64,000 bases of DNA from an uncultured virus (IMG/VR IMGVR_UViG_3300037991_001647) (lineage: Duplodnaviria > Heunggongvirae > Uroviricota > Caudoviricetes): positions 1-64,000 of IMG/VR virus record IMGVR_UViG_3300037991_001647; one strand, 5' to 3'. Below the pieces are notes generated by a model. The model ran no database searches. It was not told the origin of the DNA and saw only the letters and a program-made list of their open reading frames with translations. The position numbers were made by a program, and so were the translations under genes. Below, piece after piece: positions 1 to 9,256 of the stretch; within the stretch, counting starts at the first letter, position 1; each line of letters starts with the position of its first letter.

Positions 1-259
1 ATTGAAATACTGCTTTTATGTATTCCATACAACGTGGATTCATCGTTGGCTCTGCACCTACGATTCTTATCATACACCTGCCTTGTAACCTTTTTAGAAA
101 ATCCACAAACTTATCTAAATCCATATCTGGAATATCTCTGTTTGGAATATAACAGTTTTTACAGGTCATATTACATTTATGAGTGATATCTGCCATAATA
201 TCCATAAATGTATTTTCTTCTGGCTGTTGTTCATAATAATTTAAGATTGGTACTTGCAT
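1..259 (-). CDS. radical SAM protein, N-terminal part (runs off the left edge)
   Basis: Not in the ORF track. Manual translation from the ATG at 259 gives MQVPILNYYEQQPEENTFMDIMADITHKCNMTCKNCYIPNR...RIVGAEPTM, with a CxxxCxxC motif and a GxEP motif. Confidence 0.85.
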   Translation of the reverse strand, partial: MQVPILNYYEQQPEENTFMDIMADITHKCNMTCKNCYIPNRDIPDMDLDKFVDFLKRLQGRCMIRIVGAEPTMNPRCMEYIKAVFQ

Positions 260-272
260 AAATATATTTATC
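257..272. promoter_or_regulatory. back-to-back late-promoter-like motifs (palindromic ATAAATATATTTAT) between divergent genes
   Basis: GATAAATA on - lies 5 nt before ATG 259, and CATAAATA on + lies 9 nt before ATG 274. Both resemble the T4 late promoter TATAAATA. Confidence 0.5.
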
Positions 273-273
273 T

Positions 274-885
274 ATGAATATTACAGGTGGCGAAATGGAC
301 AAAAAAGCATTAGTGCAAAAGAGAATGCAACATCCTCTATTTAAGAACTTAGGCAAACTTGACCCTGAGATTCTAAAACTATTTATCGACTTATATCCAG
401 AAACTCGATCCACATTGCAAGAAGGGTTAAATCTAAGAGCCCAACACGGCTTTTCTCAAGGTGACCCGTATTTTGTATCTGGCTATGACCAAAATGATAT
501 TCAATTTTATATGAAATTTACGGACTATGATGATCCTGACTATGAATTTGATGAGCGAGATTATTGCTACAATAGTGAGCCATTTAGCACCGGAATTCGA
601 CATATAGAGAATATTGTAGGTGCAAGTATCTGTAGGCTAAGATATGCTACTCTTGAGCCAGGGGCGATACTAGACTGGCATATGGATCAACCAAATATCG
701 ATAGATTTGTTATAGTTTTACAAGGATCTCAACGTTTTGAAATAGAACGTAGAAAAAACGTATTCCACGAAATTATGCAACCTGGAGATGTGTGGTATAT
801 CAATTCAAACTGGAACCACAGAGTTGTAAATGAAGTCAAAGAAAAAAGACTTGCATTACTAGGCTGTTTCGATTATAATACGTAA
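274..885 (+). CDS. 2OG-Fe(II) oxygenase / aspartyl-asparaginyl beta-hydroxylase-like cupin protein
   Basis: RLRYATLEPG, WHMD (HxD) and PGDVWYIN..WNHRVVN (distal His). The start may be ATG 295. Confidence 0.75.
   Translation: MNITGGEMDKKALVQKRMQHPLFKNLGKLDPEILKLFIDLYPETRSTLQEGLNLRAQHGFSQGDPYFVSGYDQNDIQFYMKFTDYDDPDYEFDERDYCYNSEPFSTGIRHIENIVGASICRLRYATLEPGAILDWHMDQPNIDRFVIVLQGSQRFEIERRKNVFHEIMQPGDVWYINSNWNHRVVNEVKEKRLALLGCFDYNT
851..879 (+). promoter_or_regulatory. sigma70-type promoter
   Basis: TTGCAT-N17-TATAAT just upstream of the ORF at 897. Confidence 0.6.
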
Positions 886-896
886 AAGGGAAAAGT

Positions 897-1607
897 ATGT
901 TATATGCAAACGGATGCAGTTTCACATATGGAACCGGACTTGCTCATAAAGATAAGGCTTGGCCATTCATCTTAGCAGAAAAACTAGGAATAAAAGATGT
1001 TGAAACCGATGCTCAACGTGGAGTATCAAACAATTATATCGTAAGAAATACGATAACCAATTTAAGTGATAAGATTGCTAACGGAGAGAAAATAGACTTT
1101 GTTGGCATAGGTATGACCGCACCTAATCGTAGAGAACACTTTATTGAGAAAAAGAATTTATTAATTCATAATATACCAAGTCACGAATATCACGGCAATA
1201 TTCAATTAGATGATGCAACCAACAAAGAATTAAATTCATTTAATTCACTTTATATGAAAAACTTTTGGTCACCTGTGTATGACTTTCATTGTTATTTGAT
1301 TCATTTAATTACATTACAGAATTTTTTCAAAGCCCACGATATACCATATATAATATTTAATTCATTAAATTTAACTCCTAACTTGTTAGAAGATTCTACG
1401 TTTACTGAATTGTGTGAGCAAAGTGATATGGTAAATGTTTATAAACTATTAGATATGAAAAGAATTTATGAGGAAACAACTTTCTTTACTTATATGTATG
1501 GAAAAGAAATGTATTATCCAATAGAAGGCGATGAAAGATATATGCATCCAAACGAAAAGGCTCACGCAGAATGGGCAGATATAATATATAAGGCGATAGG
1601 AAAATGA
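897..1607 (+). CDS. SGNH/GDSL-hydrolase-like protein
   Basis: N-terminal NGCSFTYG block, GVSN block and C-terminal HPNEKAH. Confidence 0.65.
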   Translation: MLYANGCSFTYGTGLAHKDKAWPFILAEKLGIKDVETDAQRGVSNNYIVRNTITNLSDKIANGEKIDFVGIGMTAPNRREHFIEKKNLLIHNIPSHEYHGNIQLDDATNKELNSFNSLYMKNFWSPVYDFHCYLIHLITLQNFFKAHDIPYIIFNSLNLTPNLLEDSTFTELCEQSDMVNVYKLLDMKRIYEETTFFTYMYGKEMYYPIEGDERYMHPNEKAHAEWADIIYKAIGK

Positions 1608-1723
1608 CCGAAGTAGGCTGGTGGTATACAGGCACATTCTTTGTAATAGTTGCAGTATTTTATGCTATTGGTTTTATTGTAGGTAGACAATGGGAAAAAG
1701 AAACACAAAAGGAACAAAAATGA
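1604..1723 (+). CDS. small membrane protein (39 aa)
   Basis: Manual translation MTEVGWWYTGTFFVIVAVFYAIGFIVGRQWEKETQKEQK. ATGA overlaps with both neighbours. Confidence 0.6.
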   Translation: MTEVGWWYTGTFFVIVAVFYAIGFIVGRQWEKETQKEQK

Positions 1724-1836
1724 TAAGAAAGATAATTGATTTTATTTGTTGGCCTTGGACTGAATATAAAAGGCGTAAAGAAATAAAAAAGAGACTAGAG
1801 GAACTGCGTAAACGTGATCCGTTCATTTACAAGTAA
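1720..1836 (+). CDS. small basic protein (38 aa)
   Basis: Manual translation MIRKIIDFICWPWTEYKRRKEIKKRLEELRKRDPFIYK. Coupled to the upstream ORF by ATGA and overlaps the carbamoyltransferase start. Confidence 0.6.
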   Translation: MIRKIIDFICWPWTEYKRRKEIKKRLEELRKRDPFIYK

Positions 1837-3379
1837 GCAACCTACAGTAATGGGCATCTCAGGTGCCATCAATCACGATGCCGCCGTTTCTTTAATTAAT
1901 GATGGTGAAATACTTTTTGCTGGTCACAGTGAAAGATATTCTAAACTAAAGAACGATCCCAATTTAAATAATGAAATAATCCGTGATGCAATTCATTACG
2001 GAGGTAAACCTGATTTAATTGCTTGGTATGAAAGACCTGTATTAAAAAAATTAAGACAATTAAAAGCAGGTCAATATGATTTAGCATTTGATACCAGAGA
2101 ATTACCAAGAAAATATCTAAAACAATTTCATCAATTACGTGGTATTCCAATTAAATATCAATCTCATCACTATGGTCACGCCTCATCAGGATACTTTACT
2201 TCTCCTTTTGATAGTGCTACTGTAGTTGTAATTGATTCTATAGGCGAGTTCGAAACACTTTCATTCTGGCGTGGTGAAGGTATGAAACTTACTAAAATGT
2301 ATTCACAAAGTTATCCAAGTTCTATTGGATTGTTTTACTCAGCAATGACTCAAAGATTAGGGTTAAAGCCACAAGAAGATGAATATATTTTAATGGGTAT
2401 GGCCGCATATGGTAATGCTGAAAGAAAATACAAAGGTAAAACTTTAGTTCAGCATATCTATGATGAATTTCAAATAATTCACGAAGGTGGATTAGTTCCG
2501 TATACTGTAACAAGTCAAACAATAGTGCAGTTCAAAGAAAATCTACACAGAGGTTGTAAATGGTTCTTACCAGAGTTAACAACAGAACAAGATTATTTTG
2601 ATATTGCGGCCGCAACACAACAAGTATATGAAATGATATTGGTTGAGATATTAGAAAAAGCAAAAGTATATACTCACCACAAAGATAATTTAGTATTAAT
2701 GGGTGGTTGTGCATTGAATTGTTCAGCAAACAGTTTAATTTATAATCATTATAAAAATGTTTGGATAATGCCTAATCCAGGCGATAGTGGTAGTTGTATA
2801 GGTGTTGCTCAAAAGTATATGAAAGAAAGATTACAATGGAAAACTCCTTATCTTGGTCACGATATTCCTGGAGAGTATCCAGTTGAACCATTAGTAACGG
2901 CATTAGAACGAGGAGCCATTTGTGCAGTTGCAAGTGGTCGTGCAGAGTTTGGTCCACGTGCATTAGGTAATAGAAGTTTATTAGCAGACCCACGTGGTAA
3001 TGAAATAAAAGATAAAGTAAATGAAATTAAAAAGAGACAGAAGTTCAGACCTTTTGCTCCTATGATTTTAGAAGAAGATGCAGATGAATATTTCTCAGGA
3101 CATAAAGGACCTTATATGCAGTATGTGGCAATGTGTAAGTATCCAAAAGATTTTCCTGCAATTATTCACAAAGATGGAACATCAAGAGTTCAAACAGTAA
3201 ACAAAGAACAACACCCTGATGTTCATAGAATGTTAACACGATTTAAAGAAAAGACAGGCTGTCCAATGTTATTAAATACGTCTTTAAATATCAAAGGAAT
3301 GCCTATTGTAAACGACATAAAGGACGCAGAACAGTTTGCAATGAAATATGGCACATTAGTTTTTCCGAGCATAAAATGA
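1814..3379 (+). CDS. carbamoyltransferase, NodU/CmcH/TobZ family
   Basis: HDAA, ERYS.LKND, HHYGHA, LMGMAAYG, GGCALN, PGDSG, EFGPRALGNRSLLADP, FRPFAP and LNTSLN motifs. Confidence 0.93.
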   Translation: MIRSFTSKQPTVMGISGAINHDAAVSLINDGEILFAGHSERYSKLKNDPNLNNEIIRDAIHYGGKPDLIAWYERPVLKKLRQLKAGQYDLAFDTRELPRKYLKQFHQLRGIPIKYQSHHYGHASSGYFTSPFDSATVVVIDSIGEFETLSFWRGEGMKLTKMYSQSYPSSIGLFYSAMTQRLGLKPQEDEYILMGMAAYGNAERKYKGKTLVQHIYDEFQIIHEGGLVPYTVTSQTIVQFKENLHRGCKWFLPELTTEQDYFDIAAATQQVYEMILVEILEKAKVYTHHKDNLVLMGGCALNCSANSLIYNHYKNVWIMPNPGDSGSCIGVAQKYMKERLQWKTPYLGHDIPGEYPVEPLVTALERGAICAVASGRAEFGPRALGNRSLLADPRGNEIKDKVNEIKKRQKFRPFAPMILEEDADEYFSGHKGPYMQYVAMCKYPKDFPAIIHKDGTSRVQTVNKEQHPDVHRMLTRFKEKTGCPMLLNTSLNIKGMPIVNDIKDAEQFAMKYGTLVFPSIK

Positions 3380-4068
3380 TTTCAACATACGAAGATACCT
3401 GGCAAATGTTAGTAAGTAATATAACAAGACCTACTGATACTCCTAGACTTCAAACATTAAAAATAATTGACGATTTTATTAGACAAACAAAAACAAGAGA
3501 TAGAATTGTTGATATAGGTTGTGGTAATAATTTATATAAAAGTTATTATCCTGATTGGGATATCTATGGAGTGGACAAAACATTTGAGGCAGATATGTTT
3601 GGTTTTGTAGAAGACTTTACTGTAGAAAAGTTTGGTGCAAGAAATATAATGGCAATTAATTCAGTTGGATATGGTAAAGGAGTAGATAATTCATACAAAG
3701 TAATAGAAAATAGAATACTACAGATGTATGGTGCTTTACCTATAGGTGGTAAACTTCTTCTTACATTGAATAATTATCCTGAAAAAGATTGTGATAATAA
3801 AACTCCAGCATATGATTGGTGGACACATTACAGATTTGAAAATTTAGATAAAGTTGTTTACTATCATTTGAAAACACCTGAATTAAAAAAAGATTTAAGA
3901 CAAAAGATATCAAAATATCTCAAAAAAGATAACGAATGGCAAGAGTACAAGAGAATAAACAAAATAAGAACCAGTGACGATTCTTATGCTAGTGATATCT
4001 GGAATAAATCAGTAAAAACTGATAATAGATTTGGCACTTTGCGAGTAATTTTGCAAAGAACTAGATAA
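3376..4068 (+). CDS. class I SAM-dependent methyltransferase-like protein
   Basis: IVDIGCG motif I followed by YGVD. Confidence 0.65.
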   Translation: MISTYEDTWQMLVSNITRPTDTPRLQTLKIIDDFIRQTKTRDRIVDIGCGNNLYKSYYPDWDIYGVDKTFEADMFGFVEDFTVEKFGARNIMAINSVGYGKGVDNSYKVIENRILQMYGALPIGGKLLLTLNNYPEKDCDNKTPAYDWWTHYRFENLDKVVYYHLKTPELKKDLRQKISKYLKKDNEWQEYKRINKIRTSDDSYASDIWNKSVKTDNRFGTLRVILQRTR

Positions 4069-4075
4069 TTTACAC

Positions 4076-4104
4076 TTGCATTTAGGTGTAAATTTTGATA
4101 TAAT
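4076..4104 (+). promoter_or_regulatory. sigma70-type promoter
   Basis: TTGCAT-N17-TATAAT, followed by AGGA and an ATG at 4130. Confidence 0.65.
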
Positions 4105-4129
4105 AAAGTATGAATTTGGCAGGACAAGA

Positions 4130-6907
4130 ATGGCATACGATGGTTATTTTCTAACTTATAAAAAAGATAGAGAAACCAACGAAAGGTTTGACGAGATACA
4201 ATCTCAGTATCCGAACTTTCGTATGGTTAAGATAAATCTTGAGGATTTCACAGATCCAAAGTTAGATAAAGCAATAAAAAAGATAGCAAGTGTATCTAAC
4301 ACGAAACACTTCTGGATTGTTGATCCAGATGTTAAAGTCGATCCTGCATTTGATTTTGGATATGAAACCGAAGAATGGGATAGTAATATTACACACGTAT
4401 GGAATGCAGAAGAAAGAAATGTATTTCGTACAGTTGTTGGTATTAAATTATTCAGAACAAAAGATATCCTAGAAAAAGAAGTTGACTTTATTAAAGATGC
4501 GTATTATCTTACAGGTGAATACAAAGAACACAAAACAGATTATGTAGAGTATAAACCTACAAAAGAAACATACGAAATATTTTATTGGAATAAAGGATAC
4601 GGAAAAGAAAATCTTGCTAAATTAAAAGAAAGATTTCCTGCAATACAACAAGTAACAGGAATGACTAATTTAGAAGTTCACGAAAAGTGTCGTAAAACTG
4701 CCCGTACTGATTTTTATTATTTAATTCACCCGAACACAGAAGTATTTGATACATTTAATTTTGATTATTCTTTTGAGTTTGGACTTGATAAAGAAAAACA
4801 AAAGATAGTTGTTTGGCAAAAACAAAATCCAATTACTGATTTAACACGTGAATATCACGGAGTAGGATTATTTCCTAAAGATGGTCCTGTGTTTAAAGAA
4901 AAAGAATATGAAATATTTAATTTCAAAAAGAAAGCAGTATATGAAAAAGACGCAGTTTGCAGAGATATTAAGTTTCCAATAATTCGCACTACAGATTTAT
5001 TAAATCTAAAACACGATGTAGACACAGATATGTTTTGGTTAGTACACGAAGATGTAGAAGAATTTGATGATGACTTTTATCCGTTTATTTATGACAGAGA
5101 ATTTATTCATAACTTTAATGTGAAAACTTCAGGTGGTACAATAGTTCGTAATGGAGTTAGACTTGTTCCACGAAAAGCAAATGAAGGTAAACAAAAAGAT
5201 GTTGAACAAGTAATTGGTAAACTAAAAAAGATTGAAGTTGTTAAGGCAAGAACACTTGAAGAAGCAGTTGACTTAGCAGAAAATTATACTTTCTGGATGG
5301 TTAATCCAGACTTGAAACTAATTAATAATTTAGTTGATGAGTTTTATCCTGACTTGTATCATACTGGTCCAAGTCATATCTGGAAGTTTAAATCAAGAAA
5401 AGGCAAAGATTTAGGGTATGGTGGTCTTGCTTTTTCTAATAAAGATTATCATTCAGAGAATATTAAATTACACGAAGATGAATACGGTGCCCGTATTCCT
5501 GATAGACATAATATCAGAAAGTTCTTCACAAGAGATCCATACAAAGCATTTAGACAGGCAAAAGGTAGAACATTTTATTGGGTAGTAGATACCGCAGTTG
5601 AGTTATTAGATTCATTTGATTTTGATTTCTATCCTGATATCTATTCAATAGAAAATGTTTTCGCATTTAAAAGCGAGGAAGACGGAGAGGCTGGAGTATA
5701 TCTAGTCCATAGACCTCACTTAGAAAAGTTTAATCCATCAGAGGAAGACTTTTCATTTGACAGATTTAAGAATATAATTAGAATTGATGAAGTTGCAAGT
5801 AGAACAACAGGTCATCCTGCATTCTATTTTGACGAAGGATTTTATTCAGAGAAAGCAAAATACTTTCACGAACATCCTAACATTGATGTTATCGATGCAA
5901 GTAAAGGTCTTGCTAAAGCATATCTTAAAGCCTCAAATATGACTAGAACAGGTTATTTTTGGGCTGTTAGTAACGATGTCGAATTAACAGAAGATTTCAA
6001 TAGAACCTATTATGTTGATAGACATAGAAAGTCTTACTTTCACTTATGGCCAAAGGCCAATCCGTACACTGGCTTTGTTCATCAATATGGTGGACTTTGC
6101 CTTATACCCACTGCCGCTCTAAAAGAATTGAAACCAGATGATGATAAAATTCGTAAGATGAATTTTAAAAACAAGAAACCGGTTAAATCAAAAACCGCAT
6201 CATCAGTTGATATACCCTTTGATGTAGTGTTTCTTTCTTATCGTGAAAAGGAAGCCGATGCGAGATACAAAGATTTATTGAAAAGAATACCTAATGCAAA
6301 AAGAGTACACGGAGTAAAAGGTATTTTTAATGCTCATAAACGTGCGGCCGAAGTAGCAGACACTAAAATGTTTTATGTTATAGATGCAGATGCAGAGTTA
6401 TTACCAGACTTTGAATTTGAATATTTTCCTACAGTATGGGACGAAGATGCAGTTCACGTTTGGAAATCTAAGAATCCAATTAACGGATTGATATATGGTT
6501 TCGGTGGACTTAAACTATTTCCTACACAATTATTGCGTGATGCAAAAGAATGGAAGATTGACTTTACAACATCTATTGCAGAGAAATTTAAACCTATGCC
6601 AGTAGTTGCAAACTATACGGCATTTAATACAACCCCATATGAGACTTGGAAATCAGCATTTAGAGAGTGTACTAAGTTAAGTTCAGGTATTATTCACAAT
6701 CTAAAAGCAGATGAAGACAAAGAAAGATTAGATATATGGTGTACAGTTGCAGAAAAGAATGCTAAATTTGGCAAGTATTCTATTGCAGGAGCAAAAGCAG
6801 GGAGAGAGTTTGGCAACAAATATGGAAATGATCCAGAAAAACTAAAACAGATAAATGATTATGATTGGCTAAATAATCGATTTAAACAGGACTTTAAAAA
6901 TGAGTAA
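4130..6907 (+). CDS. large protein of seven tandem glycosyltransferase (GT-A)-like repeats
   Basis: Repeated F/Y-W-x-V-D-x-D...FDF.FYP...HVW...GG..LFP units. The last repeat has VIDADA (DxD). Start moved to ATG 4130 because the TTG at 4076 is the -35 box. Confidence 0.6.
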   Translation: MAYDGYFLTYKKDRETNERFDEIQSQYPNFRMVKINLEDFTDPKLDKAIKKIASVSNTKHFWIVDPDVKVDPAFDFGYETEEWDSNITHVWNAEERNVFRTVVGIKLFRTKDILEKEVDFIKDAYYLTGEYKEHKTDYVEYKPTKETYEIFYWNKGYGKENLAKLKERFPAIQQVTGMTNLEVHEKCRKTARTDFYYLIHPNTEVFDTFNFDYSFEFGLDKEKQKIVVWQKQNPITDLTREYHGVGLFPKDGPVFKEKEYEIFNFKKKAVYEKDAVCRDIKFPIIRTTDLLNLKHDVDTDMFWLVHEDVEEFDDDFYPFIYDREFIHNFNVKTSGGTIVRNGVRLVPRKANEGKQKDVEQVIGKLKKIEVVKARTLEEAVDLAENYTFWMVNPDLKLINNLVDEFYPDLYHTGPSHIWKFKSRKGKDLGYGGLAFSNKDYHSENIKLHEDEYGARIPDRHNIRKFFTRDPYKAFRQAKGRTFYWVVDTAVELLDSFDFDFYPDIYSIENVFAFKSEEDGEAGVYLVHRPHLEKFNPSEEDFSFDRFKNIIRIDEVASRTTGHPAFYFDEGFYSEKAKYFHEHPNIDVIDASKGLAKAYLKASNMTRTGYFWAVSNDVELTEDFNRTYYVDRHRKSYFHLWPKANPYTGFVHQYGGLCLIPTAALKELKPDDDKIRKMNFKNKKPVKSKTASSVDIPFDVVFLSYREKEADARYKDLLKRIPNAKRVHGVKGIFNAHKRAAEVADTKMFYVIDADAELLPDFEFEYFPTVWDEDAVHVWKSKNPINGLIYGFGGLKLFPTQLLRDAKEWKIDFTTSIAEKFKPMPVVANYTAFNTTPYETWKSAFRECTKLSSGIIHNLKADEDKERLDIWCTVAEKNAKFGKYSIAGAKAGREFGNKYGNDPEKLKQINDYDWLNNRFKQDFKNE

Positions 6908-7844
6908 TATAAGAGAACGTAGACAAGCCAGATTTGATAGGAATAAGATTAAAAAATCTGATGACTTGTACAAATCTAATGACCCAGGTGTTGATATTTC
7001 TTCTGATATTCTTATAGAAGAGGACACAGTACAAGAAAAAGTATCAGCAAATCCAAAACTTGCAAAGAGAAGACAAGCCCGTGCTTTGATGTTAAAAGAT
7101 TATGATTATCAAACTATGGCTGTAGAATACTCAAAAGAGAACTTTGGACAACAATTAGGTAATTACAGAAATGCTATGGAGTTCTTGGCACATACTAATA
7201 TGATGAAGAACGACAATATTATTAACAGATTTCAAAAGATTATATATGATTATCCAAACGTAGATTTAGGTTCTTTTGCAAATAAACACAATGCAAAAGT
7301 TTACTCTTGGATAGTTCAACAATTAATGTATGCGTATGGACAAAAATACTTAGGTGTTATATATCTATGTGGAGGTGGTATGGGATTACTTGGTTCTATG
7401 TTACTTGATACAGATATGCGTTTTGAAAATATACGTTCATTTGATATCAATGGAACTTGTCAGTTTCTTGCAGATGAATTTCACGCAGAAGAATTATTAA
7501 ATAACTGGCGTTTCAAAGCAACAACACAAGATGTATTTAAATTAGATTACGAAAGTAATGAGTTCCAATCCGTATTACAGAATGGCAAACTAAGTGAGCC
7601 ATTTACAGAGATACCAGGTACTATTATTAACTGTTCGGTAAGTCACTTTTCCAATTTTCAAGATTGGTATAATATGATTCCTGATACGAAAAGAGTAGTA
7701 CTTGTGGGCGAAACAGGAGATGTTCCAAGACCATTTCCAAGTTCACAAAACTTCAACTTAAAATTCCCAATGAACTATGAAGTTTATAATGGAGTGATTA
7801 CAGTTGACGATAAACAATACTATATGAAGATAGGAATGAAGTAA
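6900..7844 (+). CDS. methyltransferase-like protein (Rossmann fold), paralog of the downstream gene's C-terminal domain
   Basis: YLCGGGMG, RSFDIN and IINCSVSH align with YVCAGWYG, YSFDSD and VINTSCEH of the next ORF. Confidence 0.45.
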   Translation: MSNIRERRQARFDRNKIKKSDDLYKSNDPGVDISSDILIEEDTVQEKVSANPKLAKRRQARALMLKDYDYQTMAVEYSKENFGQQLGNYRNAMEFLAHTNMMKNDNIINRFQKIIYDYPNVDLGSFANKHNAKVYSWIVQQLMYAYGQKYLGVIYLCGGGMGLLGSMLLDTDMRFENIRSFDINGTCQFLADEFHAEELLNNWRFKATTQDVFKLDYESNEFQSVLQNGKLSEPFTEIPGTIINCSVSHFSNFQDWYNMIPDTKRVVLVGETGDVPRPFPSSQNFNLKFPMNYEVYNGVITVDDKQYYMKIGMK

Positions 7845-9256
7845 TGCTACCGCACGAAATAGTAGATAGGTTTAATTTGTTATACGGTGATAGTAGGCCT
7901 ATGCTATCTGAATTAGATAGGGTTGTTAATACAGAAGAACTTTCCAGTATCTTCACGTTGTCAAGTTTCTTTCTTGGTAAGAAACACAGAGCCAACATTA
8001 ATGCTCTTATGAATTTAATCTACGAGAGACAAAACGATGATAATACATTTGTCCTGTTTAAGGTATTAAATCGAATTTCTCAAGACGAAGATTCATTAGA
8101 TGCATTAAGAAACTTTATGGCAGTTGATGATGTTAACAGAAATAATATGTATCTGGTATTCCGTGTCCTGCAAGGAATGTATCCTGACGAGTCAGATTCA
8201 ATTAATGACTTAAAGAATATTGTATGTGCAGAAAAAGGAGAATTCAACAGAGAGAATGTTTTTCTTTTATTTAATGTATTAGAAAAATTTATCGATGATG
8301 AAGAAGGCTTAAGTGCTTTAAAAAATGTCTGTGGTACTAGAGATTTTGTAAAATGCCAAACTGAATTATTATTCAGAGTTATATCAAATATCGAATATCC
8401 AGAAATTGAAATACTTGATGCCTTGAAAAACTTAATCGCAGTTGAAAAAGAACCTGATTTATTTTTATTATTTAAAGTAATTCAGGCATTCGATGAAAGT
8501 TGCGATAACATAGCACTGTTAAAAAGTGCGACTATATTTAAATCTAAAGTATTTGAATTAGCCCACGAATTAACAGAACAAAAGTTCTCTATACCAATGA
8601 ACCTAAAGAAAATGGTTAATCGATTCGAAGGTCCTGCTTTAACCGATGCCTTTTCTAGAGGACAGTTACAATCTAAATTGTGGTTATTAGATAAAGTAAG
8701 TGATTACAATCTAAAACTTGGAGATACAATTTATGTTTGTGCTGGTTGGTATGGAGTGCTATCAGCATTATTATTTGAAAGATATAACGTAGAAGGAAAC
8801 ATTTATAGTTTCGACTCTGATCCTACAACATCTAATCCTGCAGATACACTTAATAAAGAGTGGATAATTGACAATATGAAATTCAAATCATTTGTTAAAG
8901 ATATCAAAGAATTGAAATATGATGATGAGATATTGCCTATTCAACATTTCAAATATACAGATGCTACTGAATTTGAAATAATGGATACTACACACGAAAT
9001 TAAAAAGCCTACTTGTGTAATCAATACAAGTTGTGAACATATAACAGACTTTAAAAAGTGGTGGGATTCTATTCCAAAAGGTACGATGGTTATACTGCAA
9101 AATAACGATTTTGTAGATAACGATGATGAAACTGTGGTAAATACAATAACAGATATGCAATCTTGGTTAGATGAATTGAAGTTATCAAAAGAGATATTCT
9201 CTGGCGTACTTAGTTTAGAACAATACAAGAGGTATATGGTTATTGGGACAAAGTAA
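7844..9256 (+). CDS. helical-repeat N-terminus plus SAM-methyltransferase-like C-terminal domain
   Basis: Repeats of LxALKN..LLFxV. C-terminal SKLWL, CAGWYG, SFD and INTSCEH. Confidence 0.5.
   Translation: MLPHEIVDRFNLLYGDSRPMLSELDRVVNTEELSSIFTLSSFFLGKKHRANINALMNLIYERQNDDNTFVLFKVLNRISQDEDSLDALRNFMAVDDVNRNNMYLVFRVLQGMYPDESDSINDLKNIVCAEKGEFNRENVFLLFNVLEKFIDDEEGLSALKNVCGTRDFVKCQTELLFRVISNIEYPEIEILDALKNLIAVEKEPDLFLLFKVIQAFDESCDNIALLKSATIFKSKVFELAHELTEQKFSIPMNLKKMVNRFEGPALTDAFSRGQLQSKLWLLDKVSDYNLKLGDTIYVCAGWYGVLSALLFERYNVEGNIYSFDSDPTTSNPADTLNKEWIIDNMKFKSFVKDIKELKYDDEILPIQHFKYTDATEFEIMDTTHEIKKPTCVINTSCEHITDFKKWWDSIPKGTMVILQNNDFVDNDDETVVNTITDMQSWLDELKLSKEIFSGVLSLEQYKRYMVIGTK

Noticed and set aside
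4076..4129. TTG-initiated N-terminal extension of the 943-aa ORF
   Set aside because: This stretch is the TTGCAT-N17-TATAAT promoter. ATG 4130 has an AGGA RBS.
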